Source: Crocinitomicaceae bacterium (GTDB lineage: Bacteria; Bacteroidota; Bacteroidia; Flavobacteriales_D; Crocinitomicaceae). From it: a stretch of 64,000 nt of DNA. The DNA lies in the NCBI GenBank assembly GCA_044374225.1, contig JBILOX010000006.1, forward strand, positions 12,861-76,860, read 5' to 3'. The position numbers were made by a program, and so were the translations under genes. Position 1 is the stretch's first letter. Every line of letters begins with the position of its first letter. Positions 44,531 through 55,576 of the stretch are shown here, piece by piece. Under the pieces are notes generated by a model. It had not been told where the DNA came from, did no database searches, and saw only the letters and a list, made by a program, of their open reading frames with translations.

Positions 44531-47068
44531 TTATAAAAACGCAGGTGGTTTTCTAATTTCAATCTTCGCATCTCTGAACACTGACGAAGTGTTACGAATG
44601 CTGAACAAGAAACTTTTATTACCTCCGATTGGAGTCCAAAAAAACGAGAGTGCCCAACAATGCATATTGCGATTTAAGGAAAAATAAAGATTCGTTACAG
44701 CAAATTCCTCCAAATTTAAGTTCAAATTCCCAGAAATATTCCAACGCTTTGTAAAACTCATATCGCCATTCAAAACCAAAGTTTGAACTTGATTGTAAAT
44801 TTTTGGGGAAGAAATTGTTATGTTTTGATTGGCATTAATTGTGTAAACGTGTGAAAGCGACATTTTCCAAGGAATATCAAAATAAATAGCACGTTCAGGA
44901 TACAAGGCAAAATAATTAAAATCGCTATTCCAGTTAGTATTTAATCGTTCGCCAGTTTCTTGAATTTTTTTACGGTCTTTTTGTGGAGCAAGCGTTAAAG
45001 CTGTTGTTAAACCTGTACTTAAAAATCTACCAAGTCCCTGTGCTGTGTTTAATGCGTAATCGCCAATCGTTCTTCCAGTTGTTTCATTCCATCCGTAAGG
45101 GCTGAAAGTAGCATTCGATACAAAATTAATCCAATTAAAAGGAGCAATTCTCAACGCTAAGGTAATATTCGATAAATTCATAGAATCGCGCATAAAATCG
45201 TAGTTTCCATTGATTGAAAACTGATCTATTAATCGTGTTTTTTTGAAACCAGTCAGCGTATCTTTATCCGATTTATATTTCAATTCAAACGTATTGTTGA
45301 TTCCAAAATTCAAAAACGCAGCTTGGTTGGAATTGCCTACATTATATATACTTCGCTCGAAAGGGGAATAAGTAACTAAAGTTTGATTTACTCCTACACT
45401 TTCGGAAATTAATGGATTTAACAAGGGAACATAACGAAAGCCAACACTTGGAGTCATTAAATGGCGCATTTTAGGCTTGTTTTTTCCAACGAAATTATAA
45501 TACGTGTAAAGATTGGTCGTTAAACTTACATTCATATTAAATTCGTGCCCCATTCCATAACTTCTGATTGTATCAGTGATGGTTGAATTGGAAAGTAAAT
45601 CATACGATTTGTCAACTTGTTGAAAGTTAATTTTATTTCCATAATTAATAGAAGGATTGATTTTGAGGGTATTACTTATTAAACCGAAATTTGTTTGAAG
45701 CGCTGCCGTCTGTGAGATACCATTTAAAAATTGATTGGAAATCCCTTGAAAATCGCCTACAGAAAGTAAATTCGCATCAAAATTAGAACGATTTTGGCCT
45801 TCTAAATTGTAAGTTAAACCAATGCGAGCAATCGTTTTTTTCCATTCTTTGTTGGCAACTTTAAACATGTTTTTAAATGGAAAAACCCGTGTTAAATTGG
45901 CATTAAAAACAGGGCTTATTAATGAAATGTTATTTGCAATTGAACTTTGACGCATAGATAATTTCATTCCCATTGTTAAGGGTTTACCTGGGAAAAAACG
46001 ATTGATGTTAATATCTGAGTTGAAGGAATTATTAAAAAATTCTGGATTGATTGGGTCTAAATTATTTTTGGTGGTATTATCAGAAATAAAATTTACACTC
46101 GAAGAAAAATTCCAATAAGGATTTGATTTAGGTTCTTTCCGATGTGACCAGTTAACACTCACTTTGTTTGAATTACTATTTTCTGGAAATCCAGATCGAA
46201 ACTGCTGAAAACCAACAGAAAGTCTCCCCGAAAAGCCATAACGCTTCGAATAGTCTAAATCGTTTCTCAATCCCCAACTTCCGCGGCTGTATAAATTGGC
46301 ATAAAGTGAAGTTTGTAAATTATCATTGATTGGAATGTAGTATCCCAAATTCTGAAAACCAAAACCAAACTGAGAAAATGGCACAAATTCAGGAAACAAT
46401 AAACCGGAAGTCTGTTCTTTTTGATTAGTTGGGATAAGTGCAAAAGGAAGGCCAAATGGTGTTGGTATTCCTTTAACCCATAAATTCATTGGTCCGGTTA
46501 CGATGCGCTCATTCGGAACAACAACACCTTTCGACAATTGGAAATGATAATGTGGTTCTTCTAAATCACAAGTTGTGAGCCTTCCTTGTCGCAAGTGAAT
46601 TTCATCGTTCGGATGACGTTTTGCAATTCCCATGTGAAAATAAAACTCATCTTGCTTAAGCGAGAGTTCTTCCAAAAACCCTTTTTTTGTCTCAGTATTG
46701 TATCGCAATTTATATGCAGTAACAACCTCACTACCATCTGTAAAGGTTGGAAATTCAACCTTGTTGCTATCTTTGTCATACGCATAACTTGCTGAAATTT
46801 CATTGGTATTCAGATCCACCAATATATAACCCGAACTCATATTTATTTCGTCCATCTGAATTTTAGCATCACCATAAAGATGAACTTGCTTCTTCTTCAA
46901 GTCGTTAAAAATAGAATCGCGCGCACTGTAGCGAATGATACTCTCCAATGAATTATCATTAATCACAAGCGTGTCTTTTTGTCCAACCTGCGCTGTAACA
47001 AAAACTTGCCCGAACATTATTAACAATGTGACGAAGAAAAGTTGTTGTATGTTGATAAACTTGTTCAA
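44531..47068 (-). CDS. lptD: Putative LPS-assembly outer-membrane protein (LptD/OstA-like)
   Basis: 845 aa. It has a signal peptide, an OstA-like N-terminal segment (VHLYGDAKIQMDEINMSSGYILVD) and a long beta-rich C-terminal region. It is divergent from an amidase gene, as recalled from other Flavobacteriia. Confidence 0.65.
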   Translation of the reverse strand: MNKFINIQQLFFVTLLIMFGQVFVTAQVGQKDTLVINDNSLESIIRYSARDSIFNDLKKKQVHLYGDAKIQMDEINMSSGYILVDLNTNEISASYAYDKDSNKVEFPTFTDGSEVVTAYKLRYNTETKKGFLEELSLKQDEFYFHMGIAKRHPNDEIHLRQGRLTTCDLEEPHYHFQLSKGVVVPNERIVTGPMNLWVKGIPTPFGLPFALIPTNQKEQTSGLLFPEFVPFSQFGFGFQNLGYYIPINDNLQTSLYANLYSRGSWGLRNDLDYSKRYGFSGRLSVGFQQFRSGFPENSNSNKVSVNWSHRKEPKSNPYWNFSSSVNFISDNTTKNNLDPINPEFFNNSFNSDININRFFPGKPLTMGMKLSMRQSSIANNISLISPVFNANLTRVFPFKNMFKVANKEWKKTIARIGLTYNLEGQNRSNFDANLLSVGDFQGISNQFLNGISQTAALQTNFGLISNTLKINPSINYGNKINFQQVDKSYDLLSNSTITDTIRSYGMGHEFNMNVSLTTNLYTYYNFVGKNKPKMRHLMTPSVGFRYVPLLNPLISESVGVNQTLVTYSPFERSIYNVGNSNQAAFLNFGINNTFELKYKSDKDTLTGFKKTRLIDQFSINGNYDFMRDSMNLSNITLALRIAPFNWINFVSNATFSPYGWNETTGRTIGDYALNTAQGLGRFLSTGLTTALTLAPQKDRKKIQETGERLNTNWNSDFNYFALYPERAIYFDIPWKMSLSHVYTINANQNITISSPKIYNQVQTLVLNGDMSFTKRWNISGNLNLNLEEFAVTNLYFSLNRNMHCWALSFFWTPIGGNKSFLFSIRNTSSVFRDAKIEIRKPPAFL

Positions 47069-47132
47069 GCTATGTTGCTAATTTTGTAGTATAAAGAAAA
47101 TTGGTGCAAAACTACCAAAATTCAAGGTGCGA

Positions 47133-48308
47133 ATGAAAAACGAAATACAAGTAAAAATATTTGCCAAATTAATGTTTATGCTTTTTAGCATGTTCACACT
47201 TAGTGGATATTCTCAAAGTGGAAAAGCTGAAAAACAATTAATCAAAACCGTTGTCATTGATGCAGGACATGGAGGAAAAGACCCCGGCTGTCACGGAAAT
47301 TTTGCGAATGAAAAAGCTGTTTGTCTTGAAATGGCATTAAAACTAGGAACTTTAATAAAGACAAAATACCCTGACGTTAAAGTTGTTTACACGCGTGACA
47401 AAGATATTTTTATTGAATTAATTGAACGAGCAAACATCGCCAATCGCAATAAAGCCGATTTATTTATTTGTATTCATGCCAACGCAGGAAGCGCTGCAGC
47501 TTTTGGGACCGAAACGTATGTCTTGGGTTTACATCGAACAGATGCACAACAAAAAGTAATGGAAAGAGAAAACTCGATTATTGCTTTAGAAGACGATAAA
47601 GGCGCTAAGTACAAAGACTTTGACATGTCTCCAGATGCAATTATTGCTAAACACTTACAAGGCGCCGTTTATTTAAATAATTCGATTCTGTTTGCTGAAA
47701 ATTTACAACGTGAATTTAAAAAGATGGGTCGCTATGACCGCGGTGTAAAGCAAGCAGGATTTTTAGTTTTATATAAAACAACAATGCCAAGTGTTTTAAT
47801 TGAAACAGGATTTTTAACTAATCCATCGGAGGAAAAATTTTTAGGTGTTAAAGATGGCCAAGATCAAATGGCTAACTCAATGTTTAAAGCCTTTGAAAAT
47901 TACAAAAATCAAATGGAAGGAAGAACAGTTGTTAGAGCTACGCAAACAGAATCAAATCTAGTCGTGTCAACAACTCCAAATTCAAATAATACGGAAACAA
48001 CGGCAAACTCTTCTAAAGATCAATTCGTAACAAAAGATAGCACGGGGCTGATATTTCGAATTCAAATTCATACCTCTGACAGAAAAATATCGTTGACGTC
48101 TTCTCGTTTTAAAGGAATGGAAATATTTGAATATCAAGAGGATAATTTATATAAATATTGTGTGGGAATTTTTCAAAATAATCTTCAAGCCGCCAAAAAC
48201 TATAAAAATGAACAGATTGAAAATGGCTTTCAAAACGCATTTGTTGTAGCTTTCTTTAACGGAGAGCGAATTAGTATTGAAAAAGCTATTAAATTAGCAG
48301 AAAAATAA
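47133..48308 (+). CDS. N-acetylmuramoyl-L-alanine amidase (Amidase_3) with C-terminal SPOR-like domain
   Basis: VVIDAGHGGKDPG and IHANA motifs. The C-terminal region LIFRIQIHTSDRK...YKYCVGIF...A is SPOR-like. The ATG at 47133 is preferred over the GTG at 47127. Confidence 0.85.
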   Translation: MKNEIQVKIFAKLMFMLFSMFTLSGYSQSGKAEKQLIKTVVIDAGHGGKDPGCHGNFANEKAVCLEMALKLGTLIKTKYPDVKVVYTRDKDIFIELIERANIANRNKADLFICIHANAGSAAAFGTETYVLGLHRTDAQQKVMERENSIIALEDDKGAKYKDFDMSPDAIIAKHLQGAVYLNNSILFAENLQREFKKMGRYDRGVKQAGFLVLYKTTMPSVLIETGFLTNPSEEKFLGVKDGQDQMANSMFKAFENYKNQMEGRTVVRATQTESNLVVSTTPNSNNTETTANSSKDQFVTKDSTGLIFRIQIHTSDRKISLTSSRFKGMEIFEYQEDNLYKYCVGIFQNNLQAAKNYKNEQIENGFQNAFVVAFFNGERISIEKAIKLAEK

Positions 48309-48312
48309 GAAA

Positions 48313-49350
48313 TTGAAATTAGCAAAAGAAATAAAAGTAGGTGTTATAGCAATTTTGGCAATCGTTGTCCTTGTGGCTGGTGTCAATTTCCTTAAAGGAA
48401 ATAGTTTTTTTGGAGGCGACGTTAAATACACTTCATTCTTTCCGAACTCAGGAAATATTATGGTTTCAAGTAATGTTACTTTAAATGGCGTTGTTGTTGG
48501 AAAAGTAATGTCAATAAAAAATATTTCAACTAATCCACCTGACAAAAGGGTTAAGATTGAGTTCAGTATTCAAGATGAAAATATCAAATTACCAAAAGGC
48601 ACCGTAATTGAAATTGGTTCACTAGATGTACTCACCAAAGCAATAATCGTTCAAATCCCACTAAATTCCAATAAAGGATATTATAAAGCGGGTCAAGTTT
48701 TACCGGGAAAATTATCTGTTGATATGATGTCTCAAGTTAAACAATATGCCGATCCAATTTCACAGCGTTTGCAGGCAATGATGAGTTCAATTGATAAAAT
48801 GGTAGTTTCACTCGGCGCCTTTTGGGATACAACTGCAACTTCAGAAATTGAAGGGAGCCTTAGACAAGTAAAAATCACAATTCAAAAATTAGGAAACGTT
48901 GCAGAAGAGATTGAATCATTTGTTGGTGAGGAAAAAATTCTATTTGCGAGAATAATGACAAACGTTGAAAACATAACCGGAAATTTAAAGAAAAGTAATG
49001 ATCAAGTTACTGCAATCATTGGTAACACAAAGAAAATATCAGACGATTTAGTAACTGCAGATTTTAAAAGTGTAGTATTGGATGCACAAACAACCATTAA
49101 GAAATTGAACCTAGTTTTAGCTGATGTGGAAAACGGAACTGGTACGATGGGTAAATTATTGAAAGATGAAAAGCTCTATTCAGAATTAGTTGAAACGAAC
49201 AATGAACTACAAAATCTTGTTAATGACTTGCAATTGCATCCAGAAAGATACATACACTTTTCCGTGTTTGGCGCAAAAACAAAAGGTGTTCCTTTGACAT
49301 CACAAGAAGAAAAGAAGTTTAGAAAATTATTGGATACCATCCCAGATTAA
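48313..49350 (+). CDS. MlaD/MCE family protein
   Basis: TTG start. The N-terminal TM KVGVIAILAIVVLVAGVNFLKG is followed by an MCE-like beta domain and a long helical C-terminal region. Confidence 0.8.
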   Translation: MKLAKEIKVGVIAILAIVVLVAGVNFLKGNSFFGGDVKYTSFFPNSGNIMVSSNVTLNGVVVGKVMSIKNISTNPPDKRVKIEFSIQDENIKLPKGTVIEIGSLDVLTKAIIVQIPLNSNKGYYKAGQVLPGKLSVDMMSQVKQYADPISQRLQAMMSSIDKMVVSLGAFWDTTATSEIEGSLRQVKITIQKLGNVAEEIESFVGEEKILFARIMTNVENITGNLKKSNDQVTAIIGNTKKISDDLVTADFKSVVLDAQTTIKKLNLVLADVENGTGTMGKLLKDEKLYSELVETNNELQNLVNDLQLHPERYIHFSVFGAKTKGVPLTSQEEKKFRKLLDTIPD

Positions 49351-49359
49351 GTTAAAAAT

Positions 49360-50694
49360 ATGATTCAAATTATCGTTTTCACACTTATTTCTATCGCCGG
49401 TTTTGGCGTCTTTGGATATAATATTTGGAAAGTTCGAAGCAATATTTTACTCGGTAGAGACATTGATAGAAAAGGAAATTCAAGTGAGCGTTGGAAAACA
49501 ATGCTTTTAGTGGCATTTGGTCAACAAAAAATGTTCAGTAAACCTATTCCAGCTTTCTTACATCTAGCACTTTATGTTGCTTTTGTAATTACACAAATCG
49601 AATTGATTGAGATTATCGTTGATGGTTTAACCGGTAATCATCGTGTTTTTTACTTTGCGCTTGGTGGATTTTATACCTTCATGATTAGCTTCATTGAGTT
49701 ACTGTCGCTTTTAGCTTTAATCGCGACTATCGCTTTTTTAGCAAGGAGAAATTTGTTGAAGTTACCAAGATTCACAATGAAAGAATTAGCAGGATGGCCA
49801 ACTAAAGATGCCAACTTAATTTTAATCATGGAAATCGTTTTAGTGACGTGTATATTTACAATGAACACCACAGACGAAATTTTATATAGAATTGGTGGTT
49901 CACACGTTGCACATGCCAATGGTTCGTTTGGTTTCTTAATATCTAATTTTATGGCTGATATGTTGATGCCGATGTTTGCCGATGGTTATCCAACAAGCAC
50001 ATTAGAATTATTGGAGCGTATTGGTTGGTGGGGACACATTGCAATGGTTTTTGCTTTTTTAAATTATTTACCTTATTCCAAGCATTTTCATATTGTATTA
50101 GCATTTCCGAATACTTATTTTTCAAATTTAGAAAAGAAAGGGAAATTCACCAATATGGAATCGGTTACAAATGAGGTAAAATTGATGTTGGATCCAAGCG
50201 CAGATACATTTGCCCCTCCAGCAAATGCTACACCTCAACGTTTTGGAGCAAAAGATGTACAGGATTTAACTTGGAAAAATTTATTGGATGCCTACACCTG
50301 TACAGAGTGTGGACGTTGTACTTCGTCTTGTCCTGCAAATCAAACAGGGAAATTACTTTCACCACGAAAAATAATGATGGACACACGCGATCGCTTGGTG
50401 GAGGTTGGTAATAATGTTCGCCAGCACGGGGAAGGGTATGATGATGGAAAAAGCTTGTTTTCATATATTTCAGAAGAAGAAATTTGGGCATGCACAAGTT
50501 GTAATGCATGTGTGGAAGAATGTCCAATAAATATTGATCCGCTTTCTGTAATTATTGATTTACGTCGCTATCTAGTGATGGAAGAATCGAAAATGCCATC
50601 AGAATTAACAGGTATGTTGACAAATATTGAGAATAATGGTGCACCTTGGCAGTTCTCACCAAGTGATCGATTAAATTGGGCTAAAGAAGATTAA
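49360..50694 (+). CDS. (Fe-S)-binding membrane protein (heterodisulfide-reductase-like, 2x[4Fe-4S])
   Basis: 444 aa. N-terminal multi-TM region, then CTECGRCTSSCP and CTSCNACVEECP ferredoxin-type motifs. Confidence 0.8.
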   Translation: MIQIIVFTLISIAGFGVFGYNIWKVRSNILLGRDIDRKGNSSERWKTMLLVAFGQQKMFSKPIPAFLHLALYVAFVITQIELIEIIVDGLTGNHRVFYFALGGFYTFMISFIELLSLLALIATIAFLARRNLLKLPRFTMKELAGWPTKDANLILIMEIVLVTCIFTMNTTDEILYRIGGSHVAHANGSFGFLISNFMADMLMPMFADGYPTSTLELLERIGWWGHIAMVFAFLNYLPYSKHFHIVLAFPNTYFSNLEKKGKFTNMESVTNEVKLMLDPSADTFAPPANATPQRFGAKDVQDLTWKNLLDAYTCTECGRCTSSCPANQTGKLLSPRKIMMDTRDRLVEVGNNVRQHGEGYDDGKSLFSYISEEEIWACTSCNACVEECPINIDPLSVIIDLRRYLVMEESKMPSELTGMLTNIENNGAPWQFSPSDRLNWAKED

Positions 50695-50695
50695 A

Positions 50696-51118
50696 ATGGA
50701 AAACAAGTTTTTAAACAATATTCAAGTTGACGGAAAAAATGTTTCACCAATTCTACCTAGTCATATTAAAAACTATTTAATTGATATTGATGGGACGATA
50801 TGTGATGATATTCCAAATGAAGAGCCACAAAGAATGGAAACGGCTGATCTTTATCCAGATGCCTTAAAAATTATTAATGAATGGTATGCTCAAGGACACA
50901 TCATTACTTTTTTTACATCTAGACTGGAAGAACATAGGGAGGTTACAGAAAATTGGTTGAATAACAATGGTTTTAAATTCCACGGAATCCTTATGAATAA
51001 ACCAAGAGGAGGAAACTACCACTGGATTGATAATCATATCGTTAGGGCTACAAAATATAATGGTAAATTTACCGACCTTACAAGTAAAGTGAGTAATATT
51101 CAAGTTTTCGAAGATTAA
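50696..51118 (+). CDS. HAD-superfamily-like small protein
   Basis: 140 aa. The DxDxT-type motif LIDIDGTICDD suggests a HAD phosphatase fold. The specific function is unknown. Confidence 0.55.
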   Translation: MENKFLNNIQVDGKNVSPILPSHIKNYLIDIDGTICDDIPNEEPQRMETADLYPDALKIINEWYAQGHIITFFTSRLEEHREVTENWLNNNGFKFHGILMNKPRGGNYHWIDNHIVRATKYNGKFTDLTSKVSNIQVFED

Positions 51119-51120
51119 TT

Positions 51121-51909
51121 ATGAGTTTACACGTACCTACTATGGCCGAAATGATGGCTAATGGCGAAACACCAGATGTACTATTTTGGGTGGGTTGCGC
51201 TGGAAGTTTTGACGATAGAGCAAAGAAAATAACTAAGGCTTTGGTGAAGATTTTAAACCATTGTAACGTAAAATTCGCTGTTTTAGGAACCGAAGAAAGC
51301 TGTACTGGCGATCCTGCAAAACGCGCTGGAAATGAATTTACATTTCAAATGCAAGCCATGATGAATATTCAAGTCTTGAACGGTTATGAAGTAAAAAAAA
51401 TCGTAACGGCTTGTCCGCATTGTTTTAATACCTTGAAAAACGAATATCCTGAATTAGGTGGAAATTACGAAGTGGTTCACCATACACAATTAATTCAAGA
51501 TTTAATCAACACCGGAAAATTAGCTTTAGAAGGAAAACAAACTTACAAAGGCAAAAAAATCACGTTCCACGATCCATGTTATCTAGGAAGAGCAAACGAT
51601 GTTTACGAAGCTCCGCGTGCTTTAATTGAAAAATTAGACGCCGAATTAGTGGAAATGAAACGCTGCAAAACAAAAGGATTGTGCTGTGGCGCTGGAGGTG
51701 CACAAATGTTTAAAGAGGCTGAAAAAGGGAACAAAGAGGTCAACATTGAAAGAACAGAGGACGCTTTGGAAACAAGTGCAGGAATTATTGCAACAGGTTG
51801 TCCTTTTTGCAATACAATGATGACGGATGGGGTTAAAAACTTCAACAAAGAAGACGAAATCAAAGTATTGGATGTTGCTGAACTAATTGCAAATGCTGCC
51901 GAACTTTAG
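51121..51909 (+). CDS. (Fe-S)-binding protein with CCG cysteine-rich domains (HdrB/GlcF-C-like)
   Basis: 262 aa. CPHCFNT, DPCYLGR, CCGAGG and CPFCNTM motifs. Confidence 0.8.
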   Translation: MSLHVPTMAEMMANGETPDVLFWVGCAGSFDDRAKKITKALVKILNHCNVKFAVLGTEESCTGDPAKRAGNEFTFQMQAMMNIQVLNGYEVKKIVTACPHCFNTLKNEYPELGGNYEVVHHTQLIQDLINTGKLALEGKQTYKGKKITFHDPCYLGRANDVYEAPRALIEKLDAELVEMKRCKTKGLCCGAGGAQMFKEAEKGNKEVNIERTEDALETSAGIIATGCPFCNTMMTDGVKNFNKEDEIKVLDVAELIANAAEL

Positions 51910-52324
51910 TCAACTTTTCCCGAATTTACCTAATCATAGTCGCGTTTGGTTATATCTTGCCGATCGAAAATTAGACGCTACAGAAGCGCAGTATGTCAAT
52001 GAACAAATTCACCATTTCTTGTCCAATTGGGCAGCACATAACAAGAAACTTAGTTGCGACGGAACTTTACTTTTCAATCAATATCTAATGCTAGCCGTGA
52101 ATGAGGATATTGAATCAGCTTCCGGTTGTTCTATCGATAGTTCGGTTCGTTTTGTAAAAAGTCTAGGTGCAGAATTAGCTGTTGATTTCTTTAATCGCTT
52201 AAATGTAATGGTGCTAGAAAATAAAGAACCCATCATCAGTTCCTATCTTGAGGCCGTTGAGAAGAAAAAAATATTCATCAATCCAATGATTACAAAACTG
52301 GAAGAATTGCGTGAAATCTATTGA
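51887..52324 (+). CDS. Conserved hypothetical protein
   Basis: 145-aa ORF overlapping the upstream gene by 23 nt. No recognisable motif, and the start codon is uncertain (51887 or 51893). Confidence 0.5.
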   Translation: MQMLPNFSQLFPNLPNHSRVWLYLADRKLDATEAQYVNEQIHHFLSNWAAHNKKLSCDGTLLFNQYLMLAVNEDIESASGCSIDSSVRFVKSLGAELAVDFFNRLNVMVLENKEPIISSYLEAVEKKKIFINPMITKLEELREIY

Positions 52325-52678
52325 ATTTAAAGTTTAAATTAGTTTTCAAATAATCACTTTAACGCCGTATTTCGTTCATTAAATCTTATGAAAATTAAAA
52401 ATAGGGACTAAAATATTTTAGATTCTTTCCTTATGCATTTTAATACAATCAACTATAACAACTCATCACAATGTAATTGATGATTCGAAATATTTGTATC
52501 AAATTTTTCTCCTTTTTTTCGCTTTTACAAATTCGCATTAGAGAGGTCAAAAAAAATAAACTATAACTATCATTTAACATTTGGTTTGTGTTAATAAACA
52601 GTTAACACTATTTCAAAAACAGTTTAAAACTCTTTTGTATTTCAATTGTTCATTGATTTATGTTTCACTTTGAAACTG

Positions 52679-52686
52679 TATATTTG
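52679..52686 (+). promoter_or_regulatory. Candidate -7 box (TATATTTG) for gcvP
   Basis: Matches TAnnTTTG and lies 23 nt upstream of the ATG at 52710. Confidence 0.45.
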
Positions 52687-52709
52687 ACCCCGCATTAAAA
52701 TCTCTTTTT

Positions 52710-55550
52710 ATGAATCCTTTTTCTAGAAGACACATCGGTCCAAGCGAAGCTGAAAAGCAAGCGATGTTGCAAAAAATTGGAGTAAACTCAACAGCAGAAT
52801 TAGTAGATAAAACGATTCCTGCACACATCCGTTTGAACGGTGAATTGAACATCGCAGACGCAATGACAGAGCAAGAATATTTACAACATATCAATGAATT
52901 AGGAAAGAAAAATCAGGTGAATAAATCATTCATCGGGATGGGTTATAATGAAACAATCGTTCCTTCTGTGATTTTGAGAAATGTATTGGAAAATCCAGGA
53001 TGGTACACGGCTTATACGCCTTATCAAGCTGAGATTTCGCAAGGACGTTTAGAGGCTTTGTTGAATTTTCAAACGATGGTTTTGGAATTAACAGGAATGG
53101 AAATTGCAAATGCATCTTTGTTAGATGAAGCTACAGCAGCAGCCGAAGCAATGATTATGTTCTACAATTCACGTTCAAGAGCGGAAATCAAAGAAGGGAA
53201 AAATAAATTCTTTATCGCTTCAAATGCATTTCCACAAACGATTGATGTAGTAACAGGTCGAGCTTTGAATTTAGGAATTGAATTGGTAATTTCTGACCCA
53301 GCAACTTTTGAGGCAGATGCTCAATTCTTCGGTGCTTTGGTTCAATATCCAGATGCAAATGGAGCAATTACAGACATCGCTTCATTCATCACAAAAATGA
53401 AAAACTTTGGAATTCAAGTCGCAGTTGCTGCTGATATTCTTTCTTTAGTTTTATTAAAATCCCCAGGTTCATTTGGAGCTGATGCTGTTTTGGGCACGAC
53501 TCAACGTTTCGGTGTGCCAATGGGTTACGGTGGTCCTCACGCGGCATTTTTTGCAGTGAAAGAAGATTACAAACGTAATTTACCAGGTAGAATTATTGGT
53601 GTTTCAAAAGATGCAGATGATAATATGGCCTTACGTATGGCATTGCAAACACGTGAGCAACACATCAAACGCGATAAAGCAACTTCAAATATTTGTACAG
53701 CTCAAGCTCTTTTGGCTGTGATGGCAAGTATGTATGCCGTTTACCACGGTCCAAATGGAATGAAAGCGATAGCAACACATGCGCACAAATTAGCGGCAAC
53801 AACGGCAGCTGGTTTGAATAAATTAGGTATTTCATTAGGTGCTAACTCTTATTTTGATACTATTTGGTTGAAAGGTGTTGATTGTGCTTCAATTCGTTCA
53901 AAAGCAGAAGCAGCCGGAATGAATTTCAATTATTTGAACGATTCAGAATTAACGATTAGCTTCGGTGAGCCACATACACTAGCTGATGTAAATGCAATTT
54001 TGGCTGTTTTTGGAAATGAAAGTGCATGCGAACTTTCTGCAACAAGCCTAACATCAGAACTTTTAAGAACGGATGCTATTTTTTCTCACAAGGTATTTAA
54101 CAGTTATCATTCAGAATCAAGAATGATGCGTTATTTGAAACGTTTGGAGAATAAAGATTTATCATTGGTACACAGTATGATTCCATTAGGATCTTGTACC
54201 ATGAAATTAAATGCTGCAAGTGAATTGATTCCGATAACTAATCCACAATTTGCGAACATGCATCCATTTGCACCGCTTTCACAAGCTGCAGGTTACCACG
54301 AACTATTCCGTAAATTGGAAAAAGATTTGTGTGAATGTACTGGATTCGCAGCGGTTTCATTGCAACCAAACTCTGGAGCACAAGGTGAATACGCTGGTTT
54401 AATGGTGATTAAAGCATACCATGAATCTCGTGGCGATTTCCACAGAAAGAAAATGATTATTCCTTCCTCTGCACATGGAACAAATCCTGCTTCAGCTGTT
54501 ATGGCTGGTTTTGAGGTGGTGGTTACAGGTTGCGACGAAAACGGAAATATAGATGTAGAAGAATTAAAAAGAGTAGCTATTGAATTAAAGGATTCATTGG
54601 CAGGATTGATGGTTACCTATCCGTCTACACATGGTGTTTTCGAAGAAGAAATTCGCGAAATCACTTCTATCATCCACGAAAATGGAGGACAAGTTTACAT
54701 GGATGGTGCAAATATGAACGCACAAGTTGGCTTAACAAATCCAGGAAATATTGGAGCAGATGTTTGCCACTTGAATTTACATAAAACGTTTGCAATTCCT
54801 CACGGTGGTGGTGGTCCTGGAATGGGTCCAATTGGAGTTGGAGCGCATTTAGCGCCGTTCTTACCGGGAAGTCCACTTGTGGAAGCTGGAGGAACAAATG
54901 CTATTCACGCAGTTTCTGCTGCACCTTATGGAAGTGCCCTGATTTTATTGATTTCTTACGGATACATCAAAATGTTAGGAGCAATTGGTTTACGCGAATC
55001 AACTGAAATTGCGATTTTAAATGCCAATTATATCGCAGCTTCTTTGAAAGGACATTACGATATTTTGTACACAGGAAAAAATGGTACAGTTGCTCACGAA
55101 ATGATTTTAGATTGCCGTGATTTCAAACGCACTTCAGAAGTTGAAGTTGCAGACATTGCGAAACGGTTGATTGACTTTAATTTCCACGCACCAACGGTTT
55201 CTTTCCCTGTTGCAGGAACATTAATGATTGAGCCAACTGAATCTGAAGACAAAGAAGAATTGGATCGTTTTATCGAAGCAATGATTAAAATTCGTGAAGA
55301 AATTCGTGAGATTGAAAACGGTCACGCAGATAAATCGAACAACTTATTGAAAAATGCACCACACACAGCGGATTGTATCATTAATAAAGATTGGAATTAT
55401 CCATATTCACCACAAGAAGCTGTTTATCCTTTGCCTTACTTGAAAGAATTTAAATACTGGGTTCCTGTTCGTCGTGTTGACAATGCATACGGAGATAGAA
55501 ACTTGATTTGTTCTTGCCCGAGTGTGGAAAGCTACGCTACGGTTGAATAA
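52710..55550 (+). CDS. gcvP: Glycine dehydrogenase (aminomethyl-transferring), glycine cleavage P protein
   Basis: 946 aa. N-terminal FSRRHIGPSEAE and the PLP-lysine context NLHKTFAIPHGGGGPG. Confidence 0.95.
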   Translation: MNPFSRRHIGPSEAEKQAMLQKIGVNSTAELVDKTIPAHIRLNGELNIADAMTEQEYLQHINELGKKNQVNKSFIGMGYNETIVPSVILRNVLENPGWYTAYTPYQAEISQGRLEALLNFQTMVLELTGMEIANASLLDEATAAAEAMIMFYNSRSRAEIKEGKNKFFIASNAFPQTIDVVTGRALNLGIELVISDPATFEADAQFFGALVQYPDANGAITDIASFITKMKNFGIQVAVAADILSLVLLKSPGSFGADAVLGTTQRFGVPMGYGGPHAAFFAVKEDYKRNLPGRIIGVSKDADDNMALRMALQTREQHIKRDKATSNICTAQALLAVMASMYAVYHGPNGMKAIATHAHKLAATTAAGLNKLGISLGANSYFDTIWLKGVDCASIRSKAEAAGMNFNYLNDSELTISFGEPHTLADVNAILAVFGNESACELSATSLTSELLRTDAIFSHKVFNSYHSESRMMRYLKRLENKDLSLVHSMIPLGSCTMKLNAASELIPITNPQFANMHPFAPLSQAAGYHELFRKLEKDLCECTGFAAVSLQPNSGAQGEYAGLMVIKAYHESRGDFHRKKMIIPSSAHGTNPASAVMAGFEVVVTGCDENGNIDVEELKRVAIELKDSLAGLMVTYPSTHGVFEEEIREITSIIHENGGQVYMDGANMNAQVGLTNPGNIGADVCHLNLHKTFAIPHGGGGPGMGPIGVGAHLAPFLPGSPLVEAGGTNAIHAVSAAPYGSALILLISYGYIKMLGAIGLRESTEIAILNANYIAASLKGHYDILYTGKNGTVAHEMILDCRDFKRTSEVEVADIAKRLIDFNFHAPTVSFPVAGTLMIEPTESEDKEELDRFIEAMIKIREEIREIENGHADKSNNLLKNAPHTADCIINKDWNYPYSPQEAVYPLPYLKEFKYWVPVRRVDNAYGDRNLICSCPSVESYATVE

Positions 55551-55576
55551 ATAAATTACAGATTGACAGATTGCAA

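Noticed and set aside
52325-52709. Possible glycine riboswitch upstream of gcvP
   Set aside because: The 385-nt AT-rich region shows no GGAGAG...CACCG-type conserved cores or tandem aptamer-like helices. Only a TATATTTG promoter box was found.
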